From the NCBI RefSeq assembly GCF_009914755.1, contig NC_060929.1: a stretch of 64,000 bases of DNA; one strand, 5' to 3'. Position numbers and translations under genes: made by a program. This DNA is from the human T2T-CHM13v2.0 reference genome, Homo sapiens. This document shows positions 46,237 to 60,011 of this stretch, piece after piece. The first letter of the stretch is position 1, and each line of letters begins with the position of its first letter. The notes below the pieces were generated by a model. It saw nothing but the letters and a program-made list of their open reading frames with translations, was not told the DNA's origin and ran no database searches.

Positions 46237-47025
46237 GACATTTATGCAGCCAAAAGACACATGAAAAAATGCACATGATCACTGGCCATCAGAGAAATGC
46301 AAATCAAAACCACAATGAGATACCATCTGTCACCAGTTAGAATGGCGATCATTAAAAAGTCAGGGAACAACAGATGCTGGAGAGGATGTGGAGAAATGGG
46401 ATCACTTTTACACTGTTGGTGGGACTGTAAACTAGTTCAACCATTGTGGAAGTCAGTGTGGTGATTCCTCAGGGATCTAGAACTAGAAATACCATTTGAC
46501 CCAGCCATCCCATTACTGGGTATATACCCAAAGGATTATAAAACATACTGCTGTAAAGACACATGCACACGTATGTTTATTGCAGTACTATTCACAATAG
46601 CAAAGACTTGGAACCAAGCCAAATGTCCAACAATGACAGACTGGATTAAGAAAATGTGGCACCTATACACCATGGAATACTATGCAGCCATAAAAAATGA
46701 TGAGTTCATGTCCTTTGTAAGGACATGGTTGAAGCTGGAAACCATCATTCTCAGCAAACTATCACAAGGACAAAAAACCAAAGACCACATGTTCTCACTC
46801 ATAGATGGGAATTGAACAATGAGAACACATGGACATAGGAAGGGGAACATCACACATGGGGGCCTGTTGTGGGGTGGGGGGAGGCGGGAGGGATAGCATT
46901 AGGAGGTATACCTAATGTTAAATGACGAGTTAATGGGTGCAGCACACCAACATGGCACATGTATACATATGTAACAAACCTGCCGGTTGTGCACATGTAC
47001 CCTAAAACTTAAAGTGTAATAAAAA
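46237..47025 (+). mobile_element. 5'-truncated L1PA4-like element (~0.79 kb)
   Basis: ORF2 C-terminus (46573..46815) + 3'UTR. TSD AAAAATGGGGCTTTCT (46221-46236 / 47026-47041) at a canonical TTTT/AAAA endonuclease site in the AluJ tail. Confidence 0.95.
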
Positions 47026-47968
47026 AAAAATGGGGCTTTCTGTTGCAGGACACAGGGACTCATCAAAGGTTGTAAACCCAGCCAAAAATCTGTCACACTG
47101 GGCTTTGGGCAGTTGATTTGACTGCACTAAACTGGAGTGATTACAGGAGAAAATGAAGCTGGTAGAAAGCTATTTCACTGAGACCATTTAACTACAGGCT
47201 TACTCGTTTACTTACTTACTACTTACTGGAAAAGAAGTTATCCAGTATTGCAGTGGTATAGCTGATACTAACAGCTCATATGTCTCCCCTACAGAAGCTT
47301 CTTTTTCATTCTTCAGTTTTTCTGGCTTAAGTAAAATAGAATTCAAAATATCTGAGTTCCTGCTGCTTGTCTAGAAAAGTACAAAGACTCCCATAACAGG
47401 GTCCTTGGCTTTAAGTAGCTTATTTTGTGGAGAAGTGGAGAAAGCAAGACATAGTCAATGAAGACAATAAAATACATGCTCATCCAAGACATAAGTTAGG
47501 TATTATGGAAGCACAACACAGGGAGCAATTGGTGATAACTGAAGGGAAACCAGGGAAGGCTTCATGATGGAAGTGGCATTTGACCTGGGCCTTATAGGAT
47601 TTGATGCACTATGGGGAACAAAAGGAAAGGAAAAGTACTTTCTGGCTGAGAACACTGTAAGCAAAGGCAAGGACATGGGAAAACCCAGCCCCACTCAGCA
47701 GTCAGTGAAAGGTACCTCAGTACATGAGAGCAAAATGTCCAGCTAAATAATCACTAAAAAGTGATTTTTAAATTTTGGTCAACTGGCTTACTACTGCCTA
47801 AAAGCTTTAAGTGAAGAACATGGCCATATGGAAATGTCAGTTTACTTCTCTTTCCTTCATCTTGGATAGAATGGTATTAAACTTTAGGCAGATTGAGCAA
47901 CAAAATTCTCTTAAGGGGTCTCAAATAAATAATAAGTAGGGACTGTTTTTTCTCCCATAAAAGTAAGG

Positions 47969-48343
47969 TGATATGGTTTGGCTGTGTCCCTAGCCAAATC
48001 TCATCTTGAATTGTAGTTCCCATAATCACCACCTGCTGTGGGAGGGACCCAGGGGGAGGTAATTGAATCATGAGGGCAGTTAACTCCATGCTATTCTTGT
48101 GATAGTGAGTTCTCATGACATCTGATGGTTTTTTAAGGGGCTTTTCCCCATTTTGCTCAGCACTTCTCTCTCCTGCCACCATGTGAAGAAGGACATATTT
48201 GCATCCCCCTCCACCATGATTGTAAGTTTCCTGAGTCCTCCCCCAAGCCATGCTGAACCATGAGTCAATTAAACCTCTTTCCTTTATAAATTACCCGATC
48301 TTGGGTATGTCTTTATTAGCAGCATGAGAACAGACTAATTACA
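47969..48343 (+). mobile_element. THE1 (THE1C/D-like) solo LTR, same orientation as SGCD
   Basis: TGATATGGTTTGGCTGTGTCCC...CAGACTAATTACA with perfect 5-bp TSD TAAGG (47964-47968 / 48344-48348). Confidence 0.92.
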
Positions 48344-50569
48344 TAAGGCCAATGGTAGACAGTTGCTGGCAGCTTCATGGTATCTGAGTGAACATATCTG
48401 AAGTCCCCTTGGTCTTTTTCTCATGGTCAGAAGATGAGATGACTCAGGCAGCTCCAGATATCATGCTGATATTCAGATAAAAACACTGAAACTAGCCACA
48501 TCCTTACCCTCTTGTGGACAGTAAAACTTTCTCAGTGCTCCTCCCCAGTAGACAGCTACCTACATCTCTTTGAACAAAGTCATGTCATATGTCCACCCCT
48601 AGCTTCAAGGGAGTCTGGGAAAGTATTTAGCTGGACATTTTGCTCCCATAAATAATACTAGGATTTTCTTGGCCAGGGGAAAGGGGGAAATGGTTGTTGA
48701 CAAGGAAATGACATGCTGGCCATACTGGGGATGAAGTCAGTGGACAAGGTAAAAAATTACATAATCAAAATTATCTATAAATCACCTATAAAGCATGCTC
48801 ATTTTAAAGCTTTCGTAACAGGACTGTATTCCGAAATTAAATCATTTAAGTGTTTTAATGCTTTGAAACCTTCAATTCTTTGTCCAGATTTCTACTTGCT
48901 GGTTCTTAATTTTCAGGTCATCATCATCTTCATCTCTCGTAAATGATTTTGTAAGTTTCTCCAATTATTTTTTAGACAGTGTTTCTCTGTGGTCCTCAAT
49001 TAATGTTTCAATTTCTTTCACCATAGGAAGGCATCACCACCCACTTGCCTGGCCACAGGAACAGCGTGTTCTACTTTTTCAAAGACCAGGAAATTCTTAA
49101 AATCATACACTTTTTTTTTTTTTATTTTACATCTCACTGGTATCCATTGACCATGTGAGTCTTGATTGCTGTCACACTGTGAGAGACACTTGAGAACTGA
49201 AATCTCCACTGAGGACACAGCGTATCATGGCTCCCATCTCACCCTCACTCCCAGGTGGAAGGGCAGGCAGAATCAATGTTCTTTTTAACTTGATCACATT
49301 GTTCATATTTATTCTCTCCCTCTCCCTCTACACTACTGGCCTGATTCTGGCCACCTGTCCCACTGAGGTCTGGAGGGGAGATATGGATGGAGAGCCACAT
49401 TCACCTCATTCTTAGGACACACAGTGCATCATCTTTGAGAACCAGGGGGTCACCCTTGAGCACGGCTCTCTCATGATGATGTCAAGCAGCCTTCTCAGCT
49501 TATCGCTGATGCTTTGTTTGCCTATACTATCCTTACCTAGAGGCTGCCTTGTTCCAGAATTTTCCATTAGTGTTAAACACAACCAGTGAGTTGAAATTGT
49601 TTGTTATACTGTGCAGTTTTATTTACTATCAAAAACGATGTACTCATAAGAAACTGAAATGAAGTTGCTTGCTGCTTGGATGGTTCCTTTTGTTTTTTTT
49701 CAAGTTTTGGCTTAATGATACACTGAGCATGAGTTCCGGTCTATTGGTTTCCAGAGTAGAGTTTGCTTAATTAAACTACTTGTCTCTTCATATCTTGCCA
49801 GGATGTTTTTATACGTGAATCTTAAATTGCCCTGCAGTTTCAAATTCTACACAATGTTTAAAATGTGTACTTTGATGGTATTGCCAGTTCAGTTAAATTG
49901 TTAGAGTTTTCAAAAGAGAATGTCTTATTTTATCATTCTCCATTGTTAACCTTCAAATTATTGAATGATACTCATTTATCTTTCTGGCTTTACTGTCTAT
50001 TCTTGTCTTCATCACTATCTTTTATCATAATAAAATATATCTACCATCTATTTTGATATGCCAGACATGTATAGCATTTTATGATATATTACACTTTAAT
50101 ATATATGTAATATATCTCATATATACATATGTGTATATGTGTATGTGTATATGTATGTGTGTGTATATACACACATATATAGTCACTAATCCTCACAATA
50201 GGTTTATGAGAGAAGTACTACTATTATTCCCATTTCACAAATAAGGAAACTGAAGCTAGAAGAAGCAAATTAACTTGTCCAGTATCATATTCCTCTTCAC
50301 AGTCTTCATGGAGAACCCTGAACTTTAACACTCTGTTTTCAGCATTCACATGTGTCAAAATTCCCAGCCTAGATGAACCCAAACATCCACATTATGTATG
50401 CCTGTGTTCAGGCAACTGAACACATGCACCTCTGTGCAGCCTGTGCCACGCAGCAGGCTGGTGCCTATATAAAAGTGTGGTTACTAACCACCGCTAGGCC
50501 TTCGGTATCTGGTACCCAATATCCAATACCCAGCTACCTCATGGTATTTCTCTTGTCAAAAGGTTGTAA

Positions 50570-51110
50570 CTCTTGCTATATTCATTTCTTCACCTTTTGC
50601 CTATTCTTGTGCCCACAACAGTCTGCCTTCAGCTTTTGATAGAATGTCTCTTGAGATGTGTCTTCCATGTTGCCAAATTCAGTAGACTTTTCTATTCCTC
50701 TCCTTAATTTCCAGCACTGTTTAACACAGATAAACTGTTCCCTCCTTCTTGAAATACATACTTCTTTCTCTTGGCTTCTGTGTTACCCCATTCCTGGTCT
50801 TCTTTCTACCTCTATTCTCATGTTTTTTTTTTCATTTTCCTTTGATGGCTCATCCTTCCATACTCAAAATTTAAATGTTGGAGTCCCTTAAAATTCTGAC
50901 ATTGGCTCTCCTTTTACTTTTACATTACTCTAACCATTGCTTGGATCATATCACCCTTCTCTTAGTGTCCACACTTATCTACCTGCCAGTGACTCCCAGT
51001 AATAGCACTTCCCCAGCAAAGCCTTCGCAGGTCCTCTGATGCTAGGCTAGCCCCTCTGCTCAGTGTTCCATCAGCTTCTTGTACTACTTCATAGCATTTA
51101 CAACAGTTTC
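50570..51110 (+). mobile_element. L2 LINE fragment
   Basis: CCCTCCTTCTTGAAATAC...CTTGGCTTCTGTG...TTAAATGTTGGAGTCCC...GTGACTCCCA. Confidence 0.6.
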
Positions 51111-52910
51111 TCAGTCCTTTTTCCAATAGTGCTCTTCTGAGGAATTTTTCTTCAGGCTTTTTTCTTTTTCTTAATCACACCCCTCCCATGAAATCTTACT
51201 ATCATAGATATACTAGATATCCGTTTATGTACTATGTGAAGTGTGCATTTATATAGCTGTTTATATATCTATATATTGCTATACATCTCTAGATATATAT
51301 ATACATTTGTGCTTTATACATAAATACAGTAAGATTTCTTTTGCTTCCCAAGAACCAGTTTTTGCCCCCTTGAAGATAACATCACCCCCATTGAAAATGC
51401 ATGATTTACAATATCTGTTATTTTTAAAAATGGATTTAAATATTTTTTGCAATATCCACCTGTGTTGCTACAATAAAACTTATTAAGAGCAAAGATTATC
51501 TTCTTACTGAACATTGCCTCAGCATTGTGCCATTCACATAATAGGTACTTGTTAACTATTTATAGACAACAAATATTACAACAGGCAGAATGGCTGTAGA
51601 TTTTATGTGCATTTTTAAATTTTTTTCTTAACTTGCAATTCCTAAATAAGAAAGCCAGAGCCTATTTTCCCCCACAAAATCATGTCTGACGTAGGCTCTA
51701 CATAAATATTTGTTGAATGAATTAATTTTATCTGTACTTTTTGGATAAGAAGAATCTGTCCTGATTCCTAAAAAGAAAATATTTGGTATGTATCCTAGAA
51801 ACTATTTGTAATGACTACAGATGTTTTGCATTAGAAGTTTATTAAATGCCAGCAGCAGCCTGGGGAGACACAATGGGATTAAATCACCTCAAGTGACTAT
51901 TTCTACTGAAAGTTACTTTCTAGCATCTGTGTATTGTTCATGTCTGGGAAGATTTTCAGAAGCTGACAGCCACCTTCCCTGTGCTTAATCCTGACACTTG
52001 TGGAAACTCTGCATCCTCGTTGATCACTCAGTTCATTTTAAATCTTTGGTTAAACATAACGCAACTCATTTCCTTAAAAAGAATTTTTCACTGCCTATTA
52101 CTTTTAGGAGAAGGCCACAAATTCATGTTAGGAATTAAATACAAAAATCTCTGTTTCTAAGGCATTTCCTGTGGTTAGTTGTCCCATAACTCACTCTTCT
52201 ACAACTAACATATGTGCTGTAGAGAAGACTGGTTTGTAGGAAAATGGGTCTCAGATATTAAAGAGTATTTAAATATCAGATTGTAGCCATGTTTACTAGC
52301 CTGGACTTACAGAGACAAAAACTATATCTCACATATGTTGGAAATCTTTAAACAGTGGGAGCTACATGAAGATACCTTTAGCTAAAACTTTGGAGTAACC
52401 AGAAAATTATCTTGCACAGAAGATAGTGTTCATTACTCAAAGAATTATTAGTTTATTCATAATTTTTCAAAAATATTCCTGGTAAATATCATGGGAGATT
52501 AAACTTTCATTGTCATGGTTCTTGCTCCTTCCTAAGAAAAATATAGTTGGATTCAGAGCAGCTTCCTTTATTAAGTAAAGGCAATTTCTATTGTGACTTA
52601 AATATCAAATACTAAAAAAGCTGGATATTATTTGTGGAGTATAAAGTTTTAATGGGCATGGCTGGCTTTGAGCATTAATCACTTGGCTTTGACTGTCTAT
52701 TTCATCTCCTCCCGTGGGCCCTGTGATCATCCTTCAGTCTGCTTGTCCAGCACATCACCAGATCCCATTAGTTTTTCTCTTAAATATTTCCTCAGCCATC
52801 CACTCTTCTCTATGCTTACTACCAATCATATGATCCCATCTACCACCATCTCTCTCCTGGCTTCTCTTTATTCACCCTTGCCTTCCTTAAGTGTCTTTTC
52901 CATGACATAA

Positions 52911-53280
52911 TGTCTCAGTCATTCTGGGCTGCTATAGCAGATACTACAGACTGGATGCCTTAAAAAACAGAAATTTATTTTTTACAGTTCTGGAGGCTGG
53001 GGAGTCTGAGATCAGGGTGTCAGCATGGTCAGGTTTGGTGGGGTCCTTCATGTTGGCTTGCAGACATCCATCATCTTACTGTATCTTCACATGGTGGAGA
53101 AAGAGCACTAGTCTTTTTCTCTTCTTCTGAGGATGCTAATCCCATCATGGGCACTCTACCCTGATGACCTCATCTAAACCTAATTATTTCCCAAACGCCC
53201 CACCTCCTAATACCATCACATTGATGGCTAGGGTTTCAACATCTGAATTTTGGGGGGACACAAACAAGTAATCCATAACA
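52911..53280 (-). mobile_element. MLT1A-type MaLR solo LTR (inside an L2)
   Basis: TGTCTCAGTC...GGGCTGCTATAGCA...ACAGTTCTGGAGGCTGG...GGGGACACAAAC...CCATAACA. Confidence 0.82.
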
Positions 53281-53446
53281 TGCAGCTACAGTGATCTTTG
53301 GAAAATGCCAGGTTGATCAAGTCAGATCCCCTGCTTAAAACCTTCACTGTGGCCTCTGAGGCTCTGCAATCCCTGAGCCAAACTTTCTCTCTAGTCTCAC
53401 CACATGATATTCATCTTTTGCTAAGAATGGCCTAGCAGCATCAGTC

Positions 53447-53751
53447 TTTTTTTTTTTTTTTTTTTTTTTTCCAAGACGGAGTCTTGTTCTGTCTCCCAGG
53501 CTAGAGGGCAGTGATGGGATCTCGACTCCCTGCAATTCCAACTCCCGGGTTCAAGCAATTCTCCTGCCTCAGCCTCCCAAGTAGTTGAGATTACAGGCTC
53601 ATGCCACCACACCTGGCTAATTTTTGTATTTTTAGTAGCGACAAGGTTTCATCATGTTGGCCAGGGTGGTCTCAAACTCCTGACGTCATGATCCGCCTGC
53701 CTCAGCCTCCCAAAGTAATGGGATTACAGGTGTGAGCCACTGCGCCTGGCC
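53447..53751 (-). mobile_element. Alu (AluSg-like)
   Basis: Full dimer, long T tail, TSD core CAGTCTT. Confidence 0.92.
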
Positions 53752-53982
53752 CAGTCTTCTTTATTAATGGGAATTTCCCAACTGTGAAGCGTTTCCATAG
53801 TCTTTTCTACTGCTACATTCAGCTCTTGACTACTTCAGTTCTAATTATTTTTCAAATATCAGCAAAACTTCACTTCTTTAGGAAACTTATCTGCCAAACC
53901 AGGTTGTGACTTCAAGTTTTATACTTTCAAAGACATGTTTCTTTTCTTTATCACTACTATATATTTTCATTTCTGAGATTAA

Positions 53983-54375
<393 letters not shown>

Positions 54376-55639
54376 TGAGCTTCTTACCTCTTTGCTTCAC
54401 CACTACAGCCTCCTGCTTGATACAGATTTATTAAGTTAATTGAACTTTGGGTTCACCAACATACTGTGCTCCTCTTCTGGTACACAGAGTTTATCCGATC
54501 AGTTATATCTAGAAAATAATAAAATAACAGGAGCGGAAGAAACCTTAAAGATTATGTAATCCACCCAAATGGAGAAATAATACTAAAGGGAAAATTGTCA
54601 AAGGCCATGCAATGCATCTGCAAAATTAGAACCGAAAATCAGGTTTTTGGTTTCTCAGTATTTGGGTGTTTCAAGAAACAAAATTATTTTTCTTCCATTT
54701 TCTTATCACCATTCTCTAGATTGACTTCCTTTCTCCATTTTATAATCTAATATGGGTATAAAACTATATCCTTATCTTGTCAAGTAAAATATCATTGTTA
54801 TTAAAGTTATCATTCAGGTTATATATACCCAAGCAATGTGAAGTAGAAAACTGACGTTTTTACCTCAAACCTTATTCATCAGATATTTTAACTCTGCCTT
54901 TTGAATCTATTGAACATTTTGCCCCAAGGTTTAAACCCAATGATGATTTTTAGTTCATATTCATTAATACAAAAGCACTAATCATAATTATATCAATATT
55001 AATCATGTTCATCAGGAAAAAATTTACCAAAGCAAACTCTGTTAAGCTAGTTTAAATTCTTAAACAATTTTCTAAAGAGTACACTTAAGTAATTTCTGAT
55101 TTTTAAAAGAACGCTTCTTGAAATTCTTACTTTTGAGATCAGTTCTTCATGTACAAGAAGTGATTCATCATAAATTTTCTTTATCAAATTTCACGGATGC
55201 TATTTGCTGTCCTAGTAATTTTTGTGTCTAGTGTTTCTCCCAAATCCAATTTTTGTGTGTCACATTTTGCAAATCTGTATTTTTCTTTCAGTATTTAGTC
55301 CACAGCAATTTTAACATGTATATAGTTTTAGGTAATTAGTCATTTTTCATAAAATTTAATTTTCTCAGGTCAGTCTTTGGAGTTTTAAAGAATTACGCGT
55401 TTTTAGGGCTTTGATGTTTTAGTTAAGTTTCATTTTTGCTCTCTGCCATTTTATCTATTACGAGATTTATTTTCTGGTTATTATTTCTACCTATTAAATG
55501 CAGTTTAAATTGGATAAAAGTCTGTTCCTTTTTTTTTTTCCTTAAACACTGAGAAAATGTTTCGCAATTTCCTTTCATAGTACAGGATTATTTTTTCTTC
55601 TCATTAGAAAAAAGAGGTTGCTAAAGGCAGTTATCTGCT

Positions 55640-57060
55640 TAGATAAGATTGTACACCTCATAAAATTTTAGATTTGGGGTTAACAGTTTAACTCTGATGC
55701 TTATCCCTCATTTAATAATTGGGGAAATCCAAAACCAGAGATTTTTATCTGACTTGCCTAAGAGCATAGAGATAGGACTAGATTTCAGGTCTCTTGACAT
55801 CTGGGACACTTTGAGTCAAAAGTATGACAAAACTGAGATCTGGACTTGAATATCCTTTCTGGAGAGGAGAAGCTGGTTTTTTATTACTTATGGCAGTGGA
55901 GTGCATTTGAGATTTTTTTTTTTTTTTACAAGTTTACTCCCTACCTGTGCTAGGAGGGAAAAGAGCCCTTGAGCTCATCTTTATGGTGATTCAGAACACT
56001 TTAGATAGATCCTGTCACATGCTTTATAAGTTCCTGATTGATTCTATGGAATTAAGTTATTGGGCAGAGAACCAGCTAATGGAAACACATTGATGAAATC
56101 ATTTTTGAGAGACATTAAATTGAACTTAAAATAAAGCTGAAATGGCTTTATGGATTTTTCACTCAAACTGTTTATGAACATTTATTGCCAGTAAATTATA
56201 TTGTGTCAAAAGAGGGAATCAGTAGGTATGGTTTTAATAGAAACCTTTTTGAAATAATAAAATTGAGAATAATTCATTATCTGAGAAAACAGAGAGAGGA
56301 TGGGATGGGGAAATTCATCCTGAAGGATGTTTGTCTACTCTGGAGCTTCTGGGAAAGTAAACAATGGTGTGAAAATCAGAAACCTGATAGCACTTGGAAA
56401 GAAATGGCCTTTTTGAAGAGTATTAATATCTCATCTCATTATAGATGTGAATTGTTTTGAGAAGAAAGGTGATTGAGGATTTAGCAAGCATTACTTGATG
56501 GTATAAACATTGATATTTGCTCATAGCTCATAAAAAGATGAGCATGTAAAGGAGGGACTTAATCTGCTAAGGGAGATAGTCTAGAGGAGTGATCAAAGGC
56601 ATCAGTTTTAGAACAGAAAGATTAGAGTTCAAATCCCACCCCTCCGACCCCTTACTCAGTCACCCCTCCCACTTCCACCTAGTTGTGTGACCATAGGAAA
56701 AATTCCCTGACTTCCCTGAGCCTCAAAGATACTAACAGTCTCCACTTCATAGGGTTATTCTGGTGATCAAATGAAAAACTAGAATATCCAGTACAGTTTC
56801 TAGTTCATAGAAAATGCTTTAAAAATGTTATTTTTGAAAAAGTCATGGAAGATCTGGATAAGAAGGATGAATAAGAATCATAAACATTATATAATATTAC
56901 TGCTGGTTGCTTTGTGCCAGAGATCTCATTCAGCCTTCCAAGATTCCTGGGAGATAAAGGTACTATCAACACACTTTCTTTTGAGAGAGGGAAACTGAAT
57001 ATCACAGAGGTTGAACTTCATGCCCAAGGTCACTCAGCTAATGAGTGGCTTTGAAATCTT
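55640..57060. mobile_element. Cluster of MIR fragments (~55640-55810 -, ~56610-56810 +, ~56910-57060 -)
   Basis: MIR core motifs GACTTGCCTAAG, GTGTGACCATAGG...CCCTGAGCCTCA and GGAAACTGA...TGCCCAAGGTCAC. Confidence 0.6.
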
Positions 57061-58448
57061 CCCCTAAGAAGTCTTATCAATGAGTTTGTCCTCCAGTATG
57101 TGGAACATATGGACCCCCACTGGCCAAAGCCCAGCAAGAACATAATCAAAGGGTATTTGGTTGGACAATGGGAGCTGAGTGAGTGGGAGCTGAGGGAGCA
57201 TGAGCATCTTGTTCTTCACTTCCTTTCTACATCCAAAGCCTGTCAATCATTTGCCACCGCTGCCTGTCAGAACCTATCTCCCTAGATTTTGCTGGCTTGC
57301 CATTCAGTGGGCACCAGCTTAGCCTGGCATTGAGAAAGCAATAATTTAATACTCCCATAGAAGCATCAGTACCATTTGGAAATGAGTCTAGTAGAAGCCT
57401 TCGGAACCTAAAGTCAACCTGGCTATATCCCATATAAGACCTTGTCCCTGCCTACACAGAGCTTAAGATCTGGATGACAGAACACCACACCATTCAAAAG
57501 CATGTTCTTTGTTGAATATAATGGAGCATTTCTAGATGTTATAACAATGTAAGAGGATTACAAAAATTCACACATGGAAGTAAGATATTCTCCCCTCCTT
57601 ACAGCATCAAAGTGCACCAAATGTATAAAAAAGAAACACCTTTACTTCAAAGTACAGGATACTGCCTCAGCTAAGTTTAATTGAAAAACTAATATCTTGT
57701 GCAATTGTCTGTGAAAAACTGAGGCTTAAATGATTTGAAAACACTTTGGGAGCAGACAAATCAGATAATTGCTATCTTTATGGCTGCAAATTTCGACTGG
57801 TGTTGACAAGTTGTAAAGATAAAAGCTTATAGCACAGTCAAGAGCTAAATGTCTAGATTGGGTTTGGGATCAATGTTAATACTCAAAGTGTAAAAGCTCT
57901 GAACTTCAAATGATCTCTTATAGTGTTCTATTTTGCTTAACTTTTCAAGATAATAATGTAGAACTTTATTTACTGAAAAACTTTTGCTAGTCATTAGGCA
58001 AATACTTCACTGTTCTACCATCTAACCCACTGCGTAGATGTCATATGTGTTATGTGATTTGTGCCATGCATTGCAATAAGAGAGCTTTGGTTGCTGTTTT
58101 TCAAAACATTTCCAGTTGGGTGACTATTAATAGTTTCTGAGAGACAAGAGTCAGACCTTACCATTTCTAGGCATCTTTTCCTTTCTGAAGCCGAGATGGA
58201 ATTTGCCTCATGGCCTCACTCTGAGCTCAGCAAGAATGCTTTCAAAAGAAGTTCCTTGTTTTTCAAAGGCTGTTTGCATGAGTGATTCAATGCTTTCCTA
58301 TCATGGAGCTCTAAAGCCAGTGGAAAAATATGTGGGTATGGGGTTGTGTAATGGATTCGCTGCATTTAGCTCCAATCAGTGTGCTGATTGTGCCTACAGG
58401 TGACTCCAGTATCTCCAATCTCTGTTTGCTTTTCTGTTTTGTTTACAG

Positions 58449-58521
58449 GAGCGGAGGGCACAGTGTTCCCTAAATCTATAGAAACACCTAATGTCAGGGC
58501 AGACCCCTTCAAAGAACTAAG
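58449..58521 (+). CDS. SGCD: Delta-sarcoglycan coding exon (exon 7, ~c.503-575), (G)[23 protein letters not shown](R)
   Basis: T-rich tract + TTACAG acceptor (58447-58448), donor AAG|GTAAAC (58522). 73 nt, phase 1 to 2, and continues the frame of exon 6 across a 52.4-kb intron. Confidence 0.96.
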
Positions 58522-60011
58522 GTAAACTTCTGACTTTGGTTTGCATTGATTAATGGCTATTGCCTTGCTCTGTGCAACTGGCCAGTGATTCATTCTGAAT
58601 AAATAATAAGTGTCACAGCGTGAATACATAAGAGGTTGGAGAGAACCAGAAGATAAGCTACAACCAAAAGAAAATTTTCTCTGAGAACTTAAAATTGAGG
58701 ATCTGGATGGGGTAAAAGGTTGCCCACTTTGTGAAATCTAGATTCATTCATTTGGAATGTTTGTTATGTGCTGTATTTTGTGGTACCCAAAACCTATCCA
58801 GTTAGAGAACTAGTTGGTAATTGGTGCTGATCAGCCCAAAGAAAAATGATATCTAAAAGAAGATGAAGTCTAAATACAATACGATGTCTTATTATGCAAC
58901 AAGCTCTCTATTACTTGGGGTGGTATGGTACTAGAAAGAACCCCCTTCTGCAGATGTTCCAGGTGCTGATGTTAATCTTCAAATATTCATAAATGTGCTG
59001 CCTTAGCAGAGGATGACTCTGAGATGCTATGTACTCACCACCAGCAACTAAGGAAAACACAAAAGAACAGACAGATGGATAAACAGACAGAGAGCCTGAA
59101 AACCATTCCAGCCACCAAACAACCATGCCCCTGTCCCTCCCGCCAAAATGTATTTAAAATGGTACGTTGAAACAAATGGAACTATTCTTTCTATTGCTTC
59201 AAGTTATTCATCATAACTGTGATGAATTCAGTGAATACTGGCTTTTTTTTTTTTTCATTTCTGGTAGTTCTTTTACCTAAAAGCAATCATAAATCGCCAT
59301 ATATGGCACTGAATAACTGTTTCATGATAGACACCAACCATAGGCACATGTACTTGCATTGCACAAATCATATCTACTCTTTCCTGATGCAATCTGAAGA
59401 TCTATGCTTTGCTTAAAAAGCAAGAGCCATATTGGACCTAGTGTTTCTTTTAACAGAAGCACATTCTCAGTAAGTGGAAAATGTATCACCTCATTATAAA
59501 ACCCATAGCATTTTTTGCAAAGCCTATAAGTCTGGATGGCTGTAAGGAAATAAATTGGGCCAAAGGAAGAGGATAGTTGGTGGAGAATGAGAATCTTTTC
59601 ATAACAAAATCCCACATAGAGTGGGCTGTATTTTTAAGATTACACATCACACCACAAGGTTCTACTTTTTACTAGCATAACTATCTTCAGCAGAGCTTCC
59701 ACATGCCTGAACTTACCTGATTTTCTGTTAGCTAGTTCCTATGTTTCATATAAGGTACTGAAGCTAGAATCTTTTAAGCAAATACGTCTGAGAAAACCTG
59801 CTTTTTAGGACTCTATGAGAAAGAGTTATTGCCTGAGAGTGCAGTGAACCTTTGTGTCTGTGATGGAAGAGGTCTTTTGAGACAAGCTAATCAGTGGCCT
59901 GGTTCCCATTCTTTTCACAGTCCTCTGTAGAAGCACGTTTCTTACAGAACTAGTCAGTAATTAGTGATGATTAGCCCCAAGAAAAAGTGCTGTCTAAAAG
60001 AAGCAGGACTC

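Noticed and set aside
46871-46892. G-quadruplex-like G-runs (also 60691-60714)
   Set aside because: Standard G-rich tract of every L1PA 3'UTR and not locus-specific.
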